Of a DNA stretch of 64,000 nt, positions 1 to 13,004 are shown in pieces. The stretch is from the human T2T-CHM13v2.0 reference genome, Homo sapiens. Under the pieces are notes generated by a model that saw nothing but the letters and a program-made list of their open reading frames with translations, ran no database searches and was not told where the DNA came from. The stretch lies in assembly GCF_009914755.1 (NCBI RefSeq), contig NC_060931.1; one strand, written 5' to 3'. Each line of letters opens with the position of its first letter. Position 1 is the first letter of the stretch. The translations under genes and the position numbers were made by a program.

Positions 1-29
1 TGGGAACTTAGGCAACCAAAAAAGAAACC

Positions 30-152
30 TACCAATACACAAGATGCAATTAGAAGATATTTATTACCATATTATTTATGTAGACCAAAAATAAAAAATA
101 AAAATAAACTGTCAAAAAGTCTATCAATAAGAGAATGTTTAATAAGTTATGG
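30..152 (+). mobile_element. Old L1M 3'-region fragment
   Basis: Degenerate L1M motifs (ttatttatgtag...ctatcaataagagaatgtttaataagttatgg). Confidence 0.4.
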
Positions 153-157
153 AGTAG

Positions 158-330
158 GCATTGGGCTAGTCTGGTTCTTATGAGATGCAGATGGCAAGAC
201 AATTAAATATGCAAAGATTTATTAGGAAAAATGCATATAGGAGAGAATATTGGGTGGGAGCATCTGAAACTACCCTGCAGTCTGAAGAAAGTTCAGTGAA
301 GCCATCGGGGAGTCTGTGAGCCTAAATAGC
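158..330. mobile_element. Old ERVL LTR fragment (LTR16-like)
   Basis: gcagatggcaagac...gcaaagatttattagg...gccatcggggagtc resembles LTR16 and the copy at 56730. Confidence 0.45.
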
Positions 331-331
331 A

Positions 332-462
332 AGAAGGTAAGTATTCCTTCATGCACATGGAATCTTTGATACATACATTGATAAGCCATGAGGCAGGGAA
401 GAGTTAGTAATACCCCAAATATCTCCAAGTTTTCTTACCTTTATGACTAATGGTACCAGTCT
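332..462 (-). repeat. Inverted local duplicate of 3085-3290
   Basis: Manual alignment: 131 nt with about 19 mismatches (~85%) once the Alu fragment in the other copy is removed. Confidence 0.92.
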
Positions 463-559
463 GTCTACCAGGATTAATTCTGCACCTACAAACACTACCC
501 CAGCTTCAAAGTTCAGCTCAAATATTATCCTCAAGCTTGCTACTCATGTACGTAGAAAT

Positions 560-968
560 TTCATTTCTACGGTATTCTTGAAATAAAACTATAGAGATGG
601 AGAACAAGGTTAGTGGTTGCGAGGAGTTAGGATTAGGAAGGGTGTGGCTATAAAGGCATAGCACAAAGGATCTTTATGGTAATGGAATAGTTCTGTATCT
701 GAGACCTGAAGATGTTTATTAGCACATATTAACATTACATGGTGGTAATATTCAACGGCTCAAGGGACAAACTTGCATAAGAGTACACACACAAAAAATA
801 TAGAAAATTGATGAAATTTGAGTAAGCTCTGTGGATTGTACTAACGTCAATTTCTTGTCTTTGCTATTGTAGTTATCATTGGAAGAAACTGGGTAAGAGG
901 TACACAGGACTGCCTTGTACATATTTTGCAACTTCTTGTGAATCTGTAATTCTTTAAATATAAAAAAA
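560..968 (+). mobile_element. L1MC/L1MD-type 3' end
   Basis: tagtggttgc...ggtgtggctataaagg...ggaatagttctgtatct...gcaacttcttgtgaatctgtaatt. Confidence 0.7.
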
Positions 969-969
969 T

Positions 970-1357
970 TATATATGTACAAAAAAATGTGCATGGCCAA
1001 ATTATTTGTAATTGTCCCAAATTGAAATAAAATCAAATGACCATCAAGAATAGAATGAATACAAGAATTGTAGCATTTTCACACAACAGCCTTAAAGCAA
1101 TGCTGCACGCAACACAGATGATTTTCACAAATGTAATATGGAACAAAAGAAGCCAGTATACACTGTATTACATACTTTTCTTAAAAGTAACCTATGTGCT
1201 GTATATCAGCATAGTGGTTATCCTTGGAAGGGTAGTGCCTGGTAAGAGGCATAAAGATACTAAAAATGTTTCATTTCTTGATTAGGTTGCGTGGTATGTT
1301 CACTTGTAAAAATTATCTAAGATGACACTTGCATGTGTTTTACACTTTAATAAAATG
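970..1357 (+). mobile_element. L1ME-type 3' end
   Basis: ttatttgtaattgtccc...aaaagaagccag...tagtggttatccttgg...ctttaataaaa. Confidence 0.65.
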
Positions 1358-2255
1358 TATATTTGAGGAATAATTGCTAAGGAAACCAGCTGTGTATTTT
1401 TATCACATTTTGTCTGATTGATAGATGGGTAAGAGTGAGTTAAGACGATCAAAAATAATTAAAAATAAAAAGATTTTTAATTCTATGCTTAAAAAAACTA
1501 CTTTGGAGAGTATACAAAATTACATAGCTATTTTTAACTCACTTTCTTTCCTAGTTAGGGATAAAAAACACTGAGCAGGTGAAGGATTCTTTTTTTTTTT
1601 TAATGGTGGCCTGAGAATCCAAATAAAATGATGAAACCAATAGAAATATATTCATATATACTTGTATGTCTAGTCTATGACTTACATGTGTCCAGGCTTT
1701 GACAAATTATCATCAAAGTGACAATTGTTCCTGGAGAGCCCCAGCTGGGGAAAGTGCAGCTGAAGATGTTTCTTAGCACATATACCATTACATGGGACTC
1801 ACGTAACTTGAAAAATGCTGCAGCTGTAAACCTTTCTCAGTTGAGGCAAGACAATGGAGTTTAAATATTTACTGTATAACAGCAGGTGCTAAGTTCCATG
1901 TTAGGTAGGAATTGTTTATTTTGTTAATCTTCTCTCAGCCAATGTAGGGTGATTAGTTTATTATTAGTGTATGCTTAGCCAGAGATTTTATAGCTATAAT
2001 ATCAGCACAGATTTATAGGGTATAAGTGATATACTGAAGATTCTTATGACTGTATTTTCCTGTTTAAAAAACATAAAAGCCTAAAAACTCAAGAGACCAT
2101 CCTCTGACTAAAACATAAAGGTAATTTCAATACAGAATAAATAGTAAATCAATGACAGCCCATGCAGTAAGCCTTTGGAGTTTTCTGTGAGATGTTGCCA
2201 TGTTTTTCCGTGATTGCTTCTTGGGCATTCAAACTCACAAGTAAAATAGAGGGGA

Positions 2256-2600
<345 letters not shown>

Positions 2601-3182
2601 TTATAGCCAGTTTTATCACCATCTTTTTGTCTTATTTTACAAGTCTCTCCACCTCTTTTGTCCTAAGTTTCCCTCCCACAAAAATATCAGCTCATTTTTT
2701 TAGTGTTACTATTGACTGATAAGTGACAGAAAAATAGTAGGTGTGAAATTTTTGCTTCAGCAAATTATCTGTTACATTTGCACAGCAGCCTAGTGAGCAC
2801 GATGGAGAAATATTGGCTGAATCAAAGTATAGCTCGTTGGTTTGCACTTTGGTTGAACGAGGGAACATGTGTCAGAGAGCAGATTGTTGGTTCCATTAGC
2901 ATCACCTTAGAACCTGCTGCGGAAGCACTCATTCATTGGCCCAGCCCTGAATAACTCATACATCACTGGCTTGTACCCGAGTATGATAATACAAGTCTCA
3001 GATTTGGAGCTGACAAGATGCTAAGAGGTAAAGCATACGTATGAGATCATATTATCAGTTACTCAAAAGATCTAAACAGGACCGAGACTGGTGCCATTAG
3101 TCATAAAGGTAGAAAAAGTTGGAGATATTTGGGGAATTGTAAAATCTTCCCTACCTCAGGGCTTACCAGTATACATATCAAA

Positions 3183-3257
3183 GAGCCAAGATCATGCCAC
3201 TGCCCTCCAGCCTGGGCAACAGAACAAGACTCTGTCCAAAAAAAAAAAAAAAAAAAA
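3183..3257 (+). mobile_element. Severely 5'-truncated Alu (last ~55 nt plus A-tail)
   Basis: gagccaagatcatgccactgc...gactctgtcc(A)20, with aaaga on both sides. Confidence 0.9.
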
Positions 3258-3429
3258 GATTCCATGTATATGAAGGAATACTTGCCTTCTGTGCAAAGTC
3301 CACAGAAGCTGTACAGATATCAAATAAATCTAAGGCAAATGTATAACACCTCATGGTAGTAGGTCTGCAAAAGACAGCTTAGAAAATTTTGGATGAGCAT
3401 TGTTGATATATTAAGTTCAACACATTAAC

Positions 3430-4165
<736 letters not shown>

Positions 4166-4179
4166 CTGACTTTTCTAAG

Positions 4180-4750
4180 CCACCATGAACTTTAGCCTGG
4201 AGCCCTTCAGTAACTGCTTAACTTTCAAATCCATCATTGTTCCAATTCATTTAGCATACAGAAGCATGAAGGAGCTTTTATAAATGTTTATCTAAAGTAG
4301 CTTAAACTTGTAAGCATCTTTCCTTCTAACCCGAGCTTCCTTCCTAAATATTTGGCAGGCCTTACAAGGCTTTCCAGGATACGGTTTCTACTCACCTTCT
4401 TAGCCTTATCTCTGCATCACTCACTCCCTCCATCATTTCACCCGTGATTGCAAGGACTATGGGCTTATTCTTCAGTTGTTCAATGCCGTCTCTTACCACT
4501 CTACTCAAGAACACCTACATGTATTCATGTATTTCAGAGCTCAACTAATAGTTTCTCAGAGAGGCCTTGCTAGGTCCGATCCCCTTGTATCTTTCATGTT
4601 CTGTTGTATGTATTTGTAAGATTCAGTCTGTTTGTCTCTTCAACTGGATTATTTACAAGCTTCGTGGCATCTGGAGCCTAGTATCTCTGTTTCCTGTGTC
4701 TCACCCAGTGTAGATTCCGATATATTTATGGATTAAATGTAGCAATAAGT
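4180..4750. mobile_element. L2 remnant
   Basis: ggccttacaaggctt...cttagccttatctc...gtctcttcaactggatt L2-like motifs. Confidence 0.5.
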
Positions 4751-4954
4751 AATATTTTAGGACTTTTTTGCCTATATAACATATAGGGCCTGAATTGGGT
4801 GAGATTCACTCTGGTTTTCAAAAAGTTTGAAGGATAGGAAGCCAATAAATAAATAAATAATATTTACTGCTTCTGGCAAAAAAGACAGTGCAAATTAATG
4901 TCATATTTTTGTGAGCACGAATTTTCTTAGTGAATTATAGAGCATCCGTCACCT

Positions 4955-5117
4955 TATTACTCAGAGTGTGATCCATAGACCAGCAGCATCAGCATCACCT
5001 GGAAGGTTGTTAGAAATGCAGAGTTTTGAGCCCACCCTAGACCTACTGAATCATAATTTGCATTTTACCAAGACCCCCAGATGATTCAGAAGCACATTAA
5101 AAAATTGAGAAGCACTG
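4955..5117. mobile_element. MER5A (hAT-Charlie)
   Basis: agaccagcagcatcagcatcacctgg...ttagaaatgcag...ttgagaagcactg. Confidence 0.85.
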
Positions 5118-6796
5118 ATCCGCAGTATCTTCATATTTATACTATTAATAATTTAAAATTATTTATGTTTTTCAATATAATTGATGTAATAGAACGTATC
5201 ACTGGAAAAAATAAACTGGACAACTGATAGTTGATTTCCATCACTGTCTAATGGATGTCACAGGCTATATTCAGCTACCCTCATGATCAGGGCAAGTTTA
5301 CCTGACCACAAAGCAAAGAAACAAACGAAAACCTTCCAAGTCAATTTGATAGAAAAAGCAGATGGCAACAGCCTCACAGTTTAAAATTTATTCTGTAAGC
5401 CCATTTTGCATGATGATGTGTCATATAAGCAGCTAGTTTGTAGCCTGTCATTTGGGATATACCTGCAAAGCAGACATTTCTGAAAACCGTTTCATTTCAG
5501 TAACTGTGTGGCTGTGTGCAACTGCCGTTATTGAGAATGATTTCTAATTATTTTGGCTTCCTTCTGGTAAATTACCAGAGAGAAGTCTAATTTACCATAT
5601 GGTTTGCTGATACGCTAATATTCACAAGCCATCATTAGATGCAGTTAATCTACAGTCAGGTGCTCTGTTTGTTCAGGCATATTGGAACAACCACTGATTA
5701 ATATCGCTGAAGAAAGTGGGTAATTTTATTAGCCACTAAGAATTCGACTGTGAATAATCTTATTTGCTTCATGTGAACATTTATCCAAGAATGTGCAATC
5801 CAGAGAATATATTTTAAATGCAGGCTCCCATTGAAACTCATACCAACACTGGTAATGGAGTTCTATAACAGGCACTGGACTTTGTTCACTTTGCAATCTG
5901 AGATTTGAGGGTTTCTTTTTCCCTGCTATGTTTCTACTGCTATTTTTATTAAGTGTTGCAGTTTTTTTCTGTCATCTTCACCCGAAGAGACATCAATCTT
6001 GTTCCTCTAGGGCTTAAAATCTAAGCCAGTCTGACAATACAACTCAGACATGTTTCTAATAATCATTTAGAAGCTCCATGACAGAATTCTTTTTCCATTT
6101 ATCAAGAACTATACACAGGCATTTTGATCATTGTCGCAATTTGGAGAACAGGTAACAGTAAATGTGCTGAGGATCCCCTCCTACATCCAGTAACAGGTTC
6201 TGTTTGAGGCGGGAGCATTTAATGAAAACAGAAAAGTTTGAATATAGAATGCATTTTTCCACTTTCCTCTGCTCACCCATAAGGTTTCACTCACTCCTCC
6301 TTCTCCCTTCCTTATGATCCTTTTTAGATTCTATTTTCCTTTTTCCCAAAAGAAGTAGTAGAGACAAGCTAGAAACAGAATTTAAATATATTTTAGAATA
6401 GATGGCATTCTAAATACACGCTTTGTTTCTTTTGATATCTATCCACTTTAAAAATTGCAAGCATTTGTTTTCACAATTTTACTATACTGTAAATTGTTGT
6501 TTATAAGAAAAGAGATTGCATAACTTGGGGAAGGTTTGAATAATTTTTCAGTCCTCAGATATCTAAATTTTGCCCCATATCACATGTTATCTTGCTATTA
6601 TAATAATTCTCTGAGCTCTTTGAAAATATTCCCAATAATGGAAAGAAATTTGGATATTCAGTACATATCTATTGCTAGTATGTGAAGTATCACATAAAAT
6701 ATTGGGAATGATTCCAAAACATACAAAAATAACTCTTTATTTCAGTATGCCCTATCTGTGCTTATGCATAGTCATAACCAATGTATTAGTATCTGC

Positions 6797-7050
6797 TGCA
6801 CTGGTGGCAGATAGAGCTTATGTTTTAGAATCACACAGAAATGAGAATGAGTTGTAGTCACTTCTTACCACTCTGACTGTGAGCAAATTGACCTCTAAAC
6901 ACCCCATTTCCCTCTGTACTGTGGGGATTACATCTTCCTTACGATACTTGTATCAGGATTAAATTAAAAATATATATGTATCTGTAAAACTTAATGCAGT
7001 GCCTGCCTGTCAAAATAAGTACTCAATAAAATGTAGTTATTGATATTATT
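6797..7050 (+). mobile_element. MIR
   Basis: MIR core and 3' end (aggattaaat...gcagtgcctg...aagtactcaataaa). Confidence 0.7.
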
Positions 7051-8536
7051 TGTTTAGATATATTTAAAAACAAAAATATATTCTTGTATTCAAAACAACT
7101 CAGCGTATACCTATAGGTGCTTATTCGTTATTGAATTCAAACAATGGCTCACTGGTGACCAAAACAAAGTTCTTTCTGGAAGCAACAAACCCACCCACAG
7201 GTATAATATTAAGGCTCTGTGACCCACACACTACTGCTTCATGTTTTAGTTGAATACTACAATGGAAATATAAAAACAGCTAACAACAAGTTTTACTGTG
7301 TTTTTGTGTATGCAACTTTTATTCCAGAAAATAAAAGAATAAATAGAATACTTGGCTTTCACAATTTTTGTAAAAATTTGTTTCTATAAAAATGAGACAG
7401 TATATTATTTTTAAAATCAAAATAAAGTCGAGTGGGTTAAAAGACTAAAAAACAATAATTTTATAATTGTTCATAAGAAAGGGCATTTCTGCAGATGTGA
7501 CTTCAAACATACATATATCTATGCACATGCCTACTAGAAAATAAGCAGTTATCAAACCTTTACAATAGGTGCAATTCCACTTGTCACAAGTAACAATGTG
7601 TGAGAGATAGGTAACTGTAATTTCCTCTATTTTCACTGTCTAGTATCCATTTCTGAAATGTGTATCCATTTTTTCCTCAGTACTTTCGTGCTAATATTCT
7701 TTTTTGAAATCAATATACCATGATGGCAAAAGTAAATGTTTTAAAAATACACAATTATGTTGAGAAAGTAGGACTGTGTGAACTACTAGGAAGTTTTTTA
7801 AACTTCACATAATACAACTTTATGTTCCTCCTGAGCTTAAAGTAAAATAAGATTGATTACAAATGTAGTGATTCTAAAATATACAACAAATTATCCAGTT
7901 GCTGTATGCATATTCCTCTGGCCATCCAAAGATAGTATAAGCATTAAACATTAATTCTCACTACCTGGAAAAAATATCATGAGGGCTTGGCTTTCCCATG
8001 TGGTAATTACTGAAAGCTATGAATTAAAAATATAATAATTGTATATGCTTGTTAGAATATTTGAGTGGTGGCTGCTGCATGAAATGGACTCATGAGTAGC
8101 AATGGTTAATGGTATATACAATTCTCCTGGAAATAATTAATATCTGGGGAATAAAAGACCAGACCAATAGTGTTTATTTTTCTATTTTCACTTATGATCA
8201 GAATAGCTTAATTTTACTTCTAACATATTTTTACTTAAAATTCATGTATTTCAAATAATTTCCTTCATATATAGTGCATTTCGTTAGGTACAAAAATAAT
8301 GATTACTGGTCAGAACAGGTCTATGAAATACTTGAGTCTACTAAACTATCGTACTCTTGTTTTTCAAAGTGTGATAGAAAGGACAATAAATGAAAAAAGT
8401 TAAAATATGTATTTTTCACTCCAGTTAAAATATGGTTTTAAATACTAAAATTTAAATTATTTGGGGTGTGAATAAGAGAGTTATTCGGTTATATTTGGGG
8501 GAATTTATATTTGATGAATTTGGGTTCTTTGTAGAG

Positions 8537-8598
8537 TTTTTTGTTTGCTTGTTTTCTGGGTTTTTGTTGTTGCTGTAGTTGTTGTTGTTGTTGTTTTG
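8537..8598. repeat. Imperfect (GTT)n microsatellite
   Basis: ttgttgttgctgtagttgttgttgttgttgtt. Confidence 0.85.
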
Positions 8599-10479
8599 AG
8601 GCCAAGTTATTTAGCTATCCTAGAAGGAGAAATTAACTCACATTTCACCCACAGTGGGACTGGGGAAAGGAGATATCTGAGAGTCAATCACAACACTCTG
8701 GTTGGCAAAATAATAAATATCTGTGCTTTTAAAAGTGTTCAGGTCCATAAAATTTGCACCTTCTATTCATTGTTTGAACTAAACAGTTTAGTTTTGCACA
8801 GGCTGCATAACTGTTAGTTATTATAATGCTTAAATAACAATCATGCTCACAAGTTGTCAATATTCTTATGCTGAAGTTACTATATCTGTTAATCTTGATA
8901 CTTAAATGACATTGGTTGTAAGGATGTTGAAAGAAGAAGGTCTCTTTGTTGGCTTTCTTCCAACAGACCCGAAAGGATCATATATTTTTTGGTGTTTGCT
9001 TCGGTTCTCCACTTTGCAAGCCTCAGAAGTTTGATTTTTATCGTCACAAAACAGATGATTCTAAGACATTCATACCAATTCACTCTCATGAAATGAACTA
9101 GAACTAAATTGCCTAATTTATTAGCTTACATGGAAGAATACATCTGCCAAGGGGAGAGAAGATGAAGATATGCATTCTCTGGCCAGAACATTCCCTCCCT
9201 GTTGAAAAAGCCATTAGAAGCCAAATTATAATCAAAAGGTTGCTTGATGATTATGTAATCAGAACAAGAAAAGTTATTTGTATGATTTGTATGTTTAGTG
9301 GCACTAAACCATAATGGGAGATAGCAGTCTCCACAGTTCACTTGATATCTGTCACTGAGAGAGATTCAGTCTTTGTCAGGGCCCCCTGTCTTCTAGAGAA
9401 ATAAGCCTGTCTCTTTGGTGCTTTGCCAACTACAGCTCTTCTGACTGACTCAGTCATTCATTAGCTTTAGTCTAGTCTTGCTGTGTTCAGAGGGTCAGTC
9501 TGTGCTTCTAAGTGAGTTTCATGACTTTTTCTAACTCACATCAGGCTCATTCTATAATTGTAGAGCGAGGAGTGTTTCCGTTCCCCTCTTGTCAAGTTCC
9601 AGGGGAAGTATCCTTTAGACCCAGCAGAGACTTACTGAACAGGCTGGCAAAATCAGAATTGCTATCTTAAATTGTCTGGAAAGTGATAAATAATAAATTT
9701 CAACCGCACTTGAAAGTTAAATTAGTTCTTTTCAATGTAATGTCTCATATGATAAAATAGCACTAATTTTTTTCAAACTGAGGGGAGCCAGGGGAGAACA
9801 ATTTAAGGAAAGAGTACACTATAAATCAGCATGAAAGCTCTTTTAGATATATTGTCCTTTTTATCTTAAAAAAAATTGATACATTTGTCTTAGATTTTTA
9901 GCTTTGATTTTTTTATTTTAATTTTTATTATGTTTTTAAGTGTGGCAACCATGAACAAAGCAATCACTTGGTAAAGAATATTATCATTAGAATTCTGAGA
10001 GGCGATTACAATATCAGGCAGTAGGCACCACACTGTAAAGCATGACTGCATAAAATCTGCAATTAGTGCAAGGAGCAGTTTCGTTTAGTTTCAGAGAAAT
10101 TACAGCAGAACAACTAGGTAGCACGTAAAGAAAAGCATTGCTTGTAGAACAGAGAATTGTTAAAAGCAGAGATAGGTGTGAAGGGTAATGGAGACCTTCC
10201 CCCCAATAGTCAAAGGCACTCAAAGTCAATGATGATTTTGCAATGCCTCATGTGGATGATGTAATCTCTACAACAACTCAAGTAAGATAGATAGTATTCT
10301 TAATTGCCAATGTGGAAAGTCCTCATTTCCATTTTTTACAGAGGTAGGAGAAGTAGGACCTACAGAATGATTATTTCACTCCATGTATCCTTTGGGGTGC
10401 TTGCTTCTGGTCATTTAGCTATAGACTATTTGTTGACTGCTCTTCCCCATGGAAGTGTATCTCATGCACTGTCCTGAGA

Positions 10480-11690
10480 TTCATGTCTGTGGCTTCATTC
10501 ACTCACTGGACATTTCCACTCAGATGTCATGTGAAAACTGCCAACTTAACATTTCCAAAATTGCACTTGTCTTTTTCATATGTACTCCTGCCTCACCTGA
10601 CATGTTCTTGACTTCAGTTAATCATGTCGCCATCAATACATTCTCCCAATAATATGCTGAGTCATCCTCTTCTCTTCCCTGTACCTTAGCTCAGCATCCT
10701 AATTCAGCCGACTCTATCCCAAAAATGTATTCTGTGTTTTACCTCTACTCTCCTAAGATGCTGCCACTGCCTTTGTGTTCTAATCACCAGCTTCCATGAC
10801 CTAGCTTCCCCCTCATTAGTCTTATCCAACTCTAGTATAACCTTCATATTTTACCCAAGTGAACTCATAAGTAGCAAATCTGACAGTGAGACTCCCCAAC
10901 ATGAGAAAATCACCAGTCTCCCTTAGAATAGCATGTCAAGCCCATGACAGAGACTGGCCAGCTATTTGTCATTTTCCTTTCCTCCTGGGCAGACAATGAG
11001 ACTACACTGCCAAGCCTTCCTTGCAATTAGACATGGCCAAATGACTGAGTCCTAGTCAATACAATAGAGGCAGAAGTGATCTAAACCATTTCTGGAACAG
11101 GCTGCCAGCTCTATATTGATGCCTAGCACTACGTCAGAAACTGTAAGTTAAAGATGAGGGCGCTTCCAACAGCTAGGATCCCCGAAAGATCAAGTTGGCC
11201 AGAGCCCCTACCCAGCACAACTAGGAATATGCATTTTGGACTATAGGTGAATGAGAAATCCCTTTTTTATTCTTAAGCCATTAATATCTTAGGGAGTATC
11301 TAGTACAGCTGCTATTATTACTTTAACTGGTCTAAAGCTTAATCATCCTTCCTAGCCACACACATTCTAGCTTAGTCCCAAATCATCCTGCATAGCCCTG
11401 TGCTCTGCACCATTACCACACTCTGCGTGTTCACTCTCCTTGCCTTAAAAGGCTTGGAAGACTGCAAGGCGTCCTTCAAAACTAAACTCAAATATTACTG
11501 TTACGATGGTTTCCAATGTTCCTAGGGTCCCGTGAATATACATATCTCAGCATTTACTATAGGACCCATAACTATGAGTGTGATAATGTTATAGAAAAAT
11601 TCTTAAGGGCAAAGGCCATGTTATGAATGAATACACAGCTAATATCCTGCGATTGTCTTTCAATAAATTTTGTGAAATGAATGAATAAAT
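10480..11690. mobile_element. L2 remnant split by an MLT1 LTR
   Basis: ctggacatttccactcagatgtc...aacatttccaaaa; resumes after 11340 and ends in aatgaatgaat. Confidence 0.55.
10945..11325 (+). mobile_element. MLT1I/J-like MaLR LTR
   Basis: ccttccttgcaattag...tgactgagtcctagtcaat...gcagaagtga...ttaagccattaa. Confidence 0.7.
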
Positions 11691-13004
11691 TAGGTTCTAC
11701 ATACTAGGATTTTATAACAAAGAGAAAACAACCAGTAACTAGAGTTTGTCTATGAAAATCATTCTTCATTTGGGCAGGCGTATTTGAATATTTTCTGAAA
11801 ATATTCACAAACCTTCTAGGTATCATATGTAAATAGCTGTCTTGTTGTTTTCTAGGGATGGCTGACACTAGAATACATCTTCGTTGTCTGTTTCTATAAT
11901 TTTCAAATTTTTGAAACTACTGAGATTTACTTTTCTAAAGCTTTTCCATGCACTATCAAGCAGAAAAAATGAAGAAAGTAGGTCAGGTTTCTGACCTGTT
12001 AGCCTTGCTTTAGTTTTGTTCTTACACAAAGACACTGGCAGGCGTTTAAAATGCAGAAATATGAACAGAAAGTACAATACCAATGGCAAAATCTTCTTCT
12101 CCATTTATATATTTTGCTGTTCGCACAAAAGAATGATTTTGACAGTATGTTGTACACAAGAAAAAATAGTTCAAAATGCTGCTACTGGCTAGAGCTTCAT
12201 ATAAAACAGACTCATGCTTCCTGGTCTGAGATAGTTTACTTTTCTTTCCCATGTAGCATCAACTAAATAATCTGATGAAGTGTAATTTCTATTCAGAAAT
12301 CATGATTTTTTTATTCTAAAGTAATAGAAAATATGTAATAAACATAACACAATTAATGTTCACCCATCTCTTTATGTAATGTTCATGGAACTAAATCATT
12401 AAATCTTTCATTGCTGATTTTTCCAGAATGGGAAAGATTTATCACTCTATTCATTAATGTTATTTCATACACATAGTCAAGTATATATACAGCTGCTTAC
12501 TAAATTATCTTAATGATGACACTTGTCTCAGAATCTCTGACATAATGTAAACTTGATTCAAAATGAAGTATAGGGTAGATAGCTGTGTTAACCTGGGTTA
12601 TTCTGTACTCAAATACAGATTCAGTGCCTTAAAATACTGAATCATCTTTATTATATTTACTGAAGATGTCAAAAAGATCTTGACTGTGGTTAAGAGAACT
12701 TCTGAATGTTCAGGAGTCTTTCAGTATTTTGGGCTGGGAAAAAAAGAGAAATTATAACTTTATATCATTTCATCCACACTTATTTTGTCTAACTTCATTT
12801 GTTATATTAGCCTGTCTTGATATATTCTTCCAAGATCTGCTCTCCATTCTCTCCTAGAAGTCTTCTATTTCTTTCTTCAAAATTTAGTTAGCTTTTATTA
12901 TATGTAATCAGCTATTTAATCTGTTCATGTTTGTTGTCTAACATGAGTAAGGCTAACTTTCACTAGAACTTAGTTATCCAAATAGCATTGGATTCCAAAC
13001 ATAT

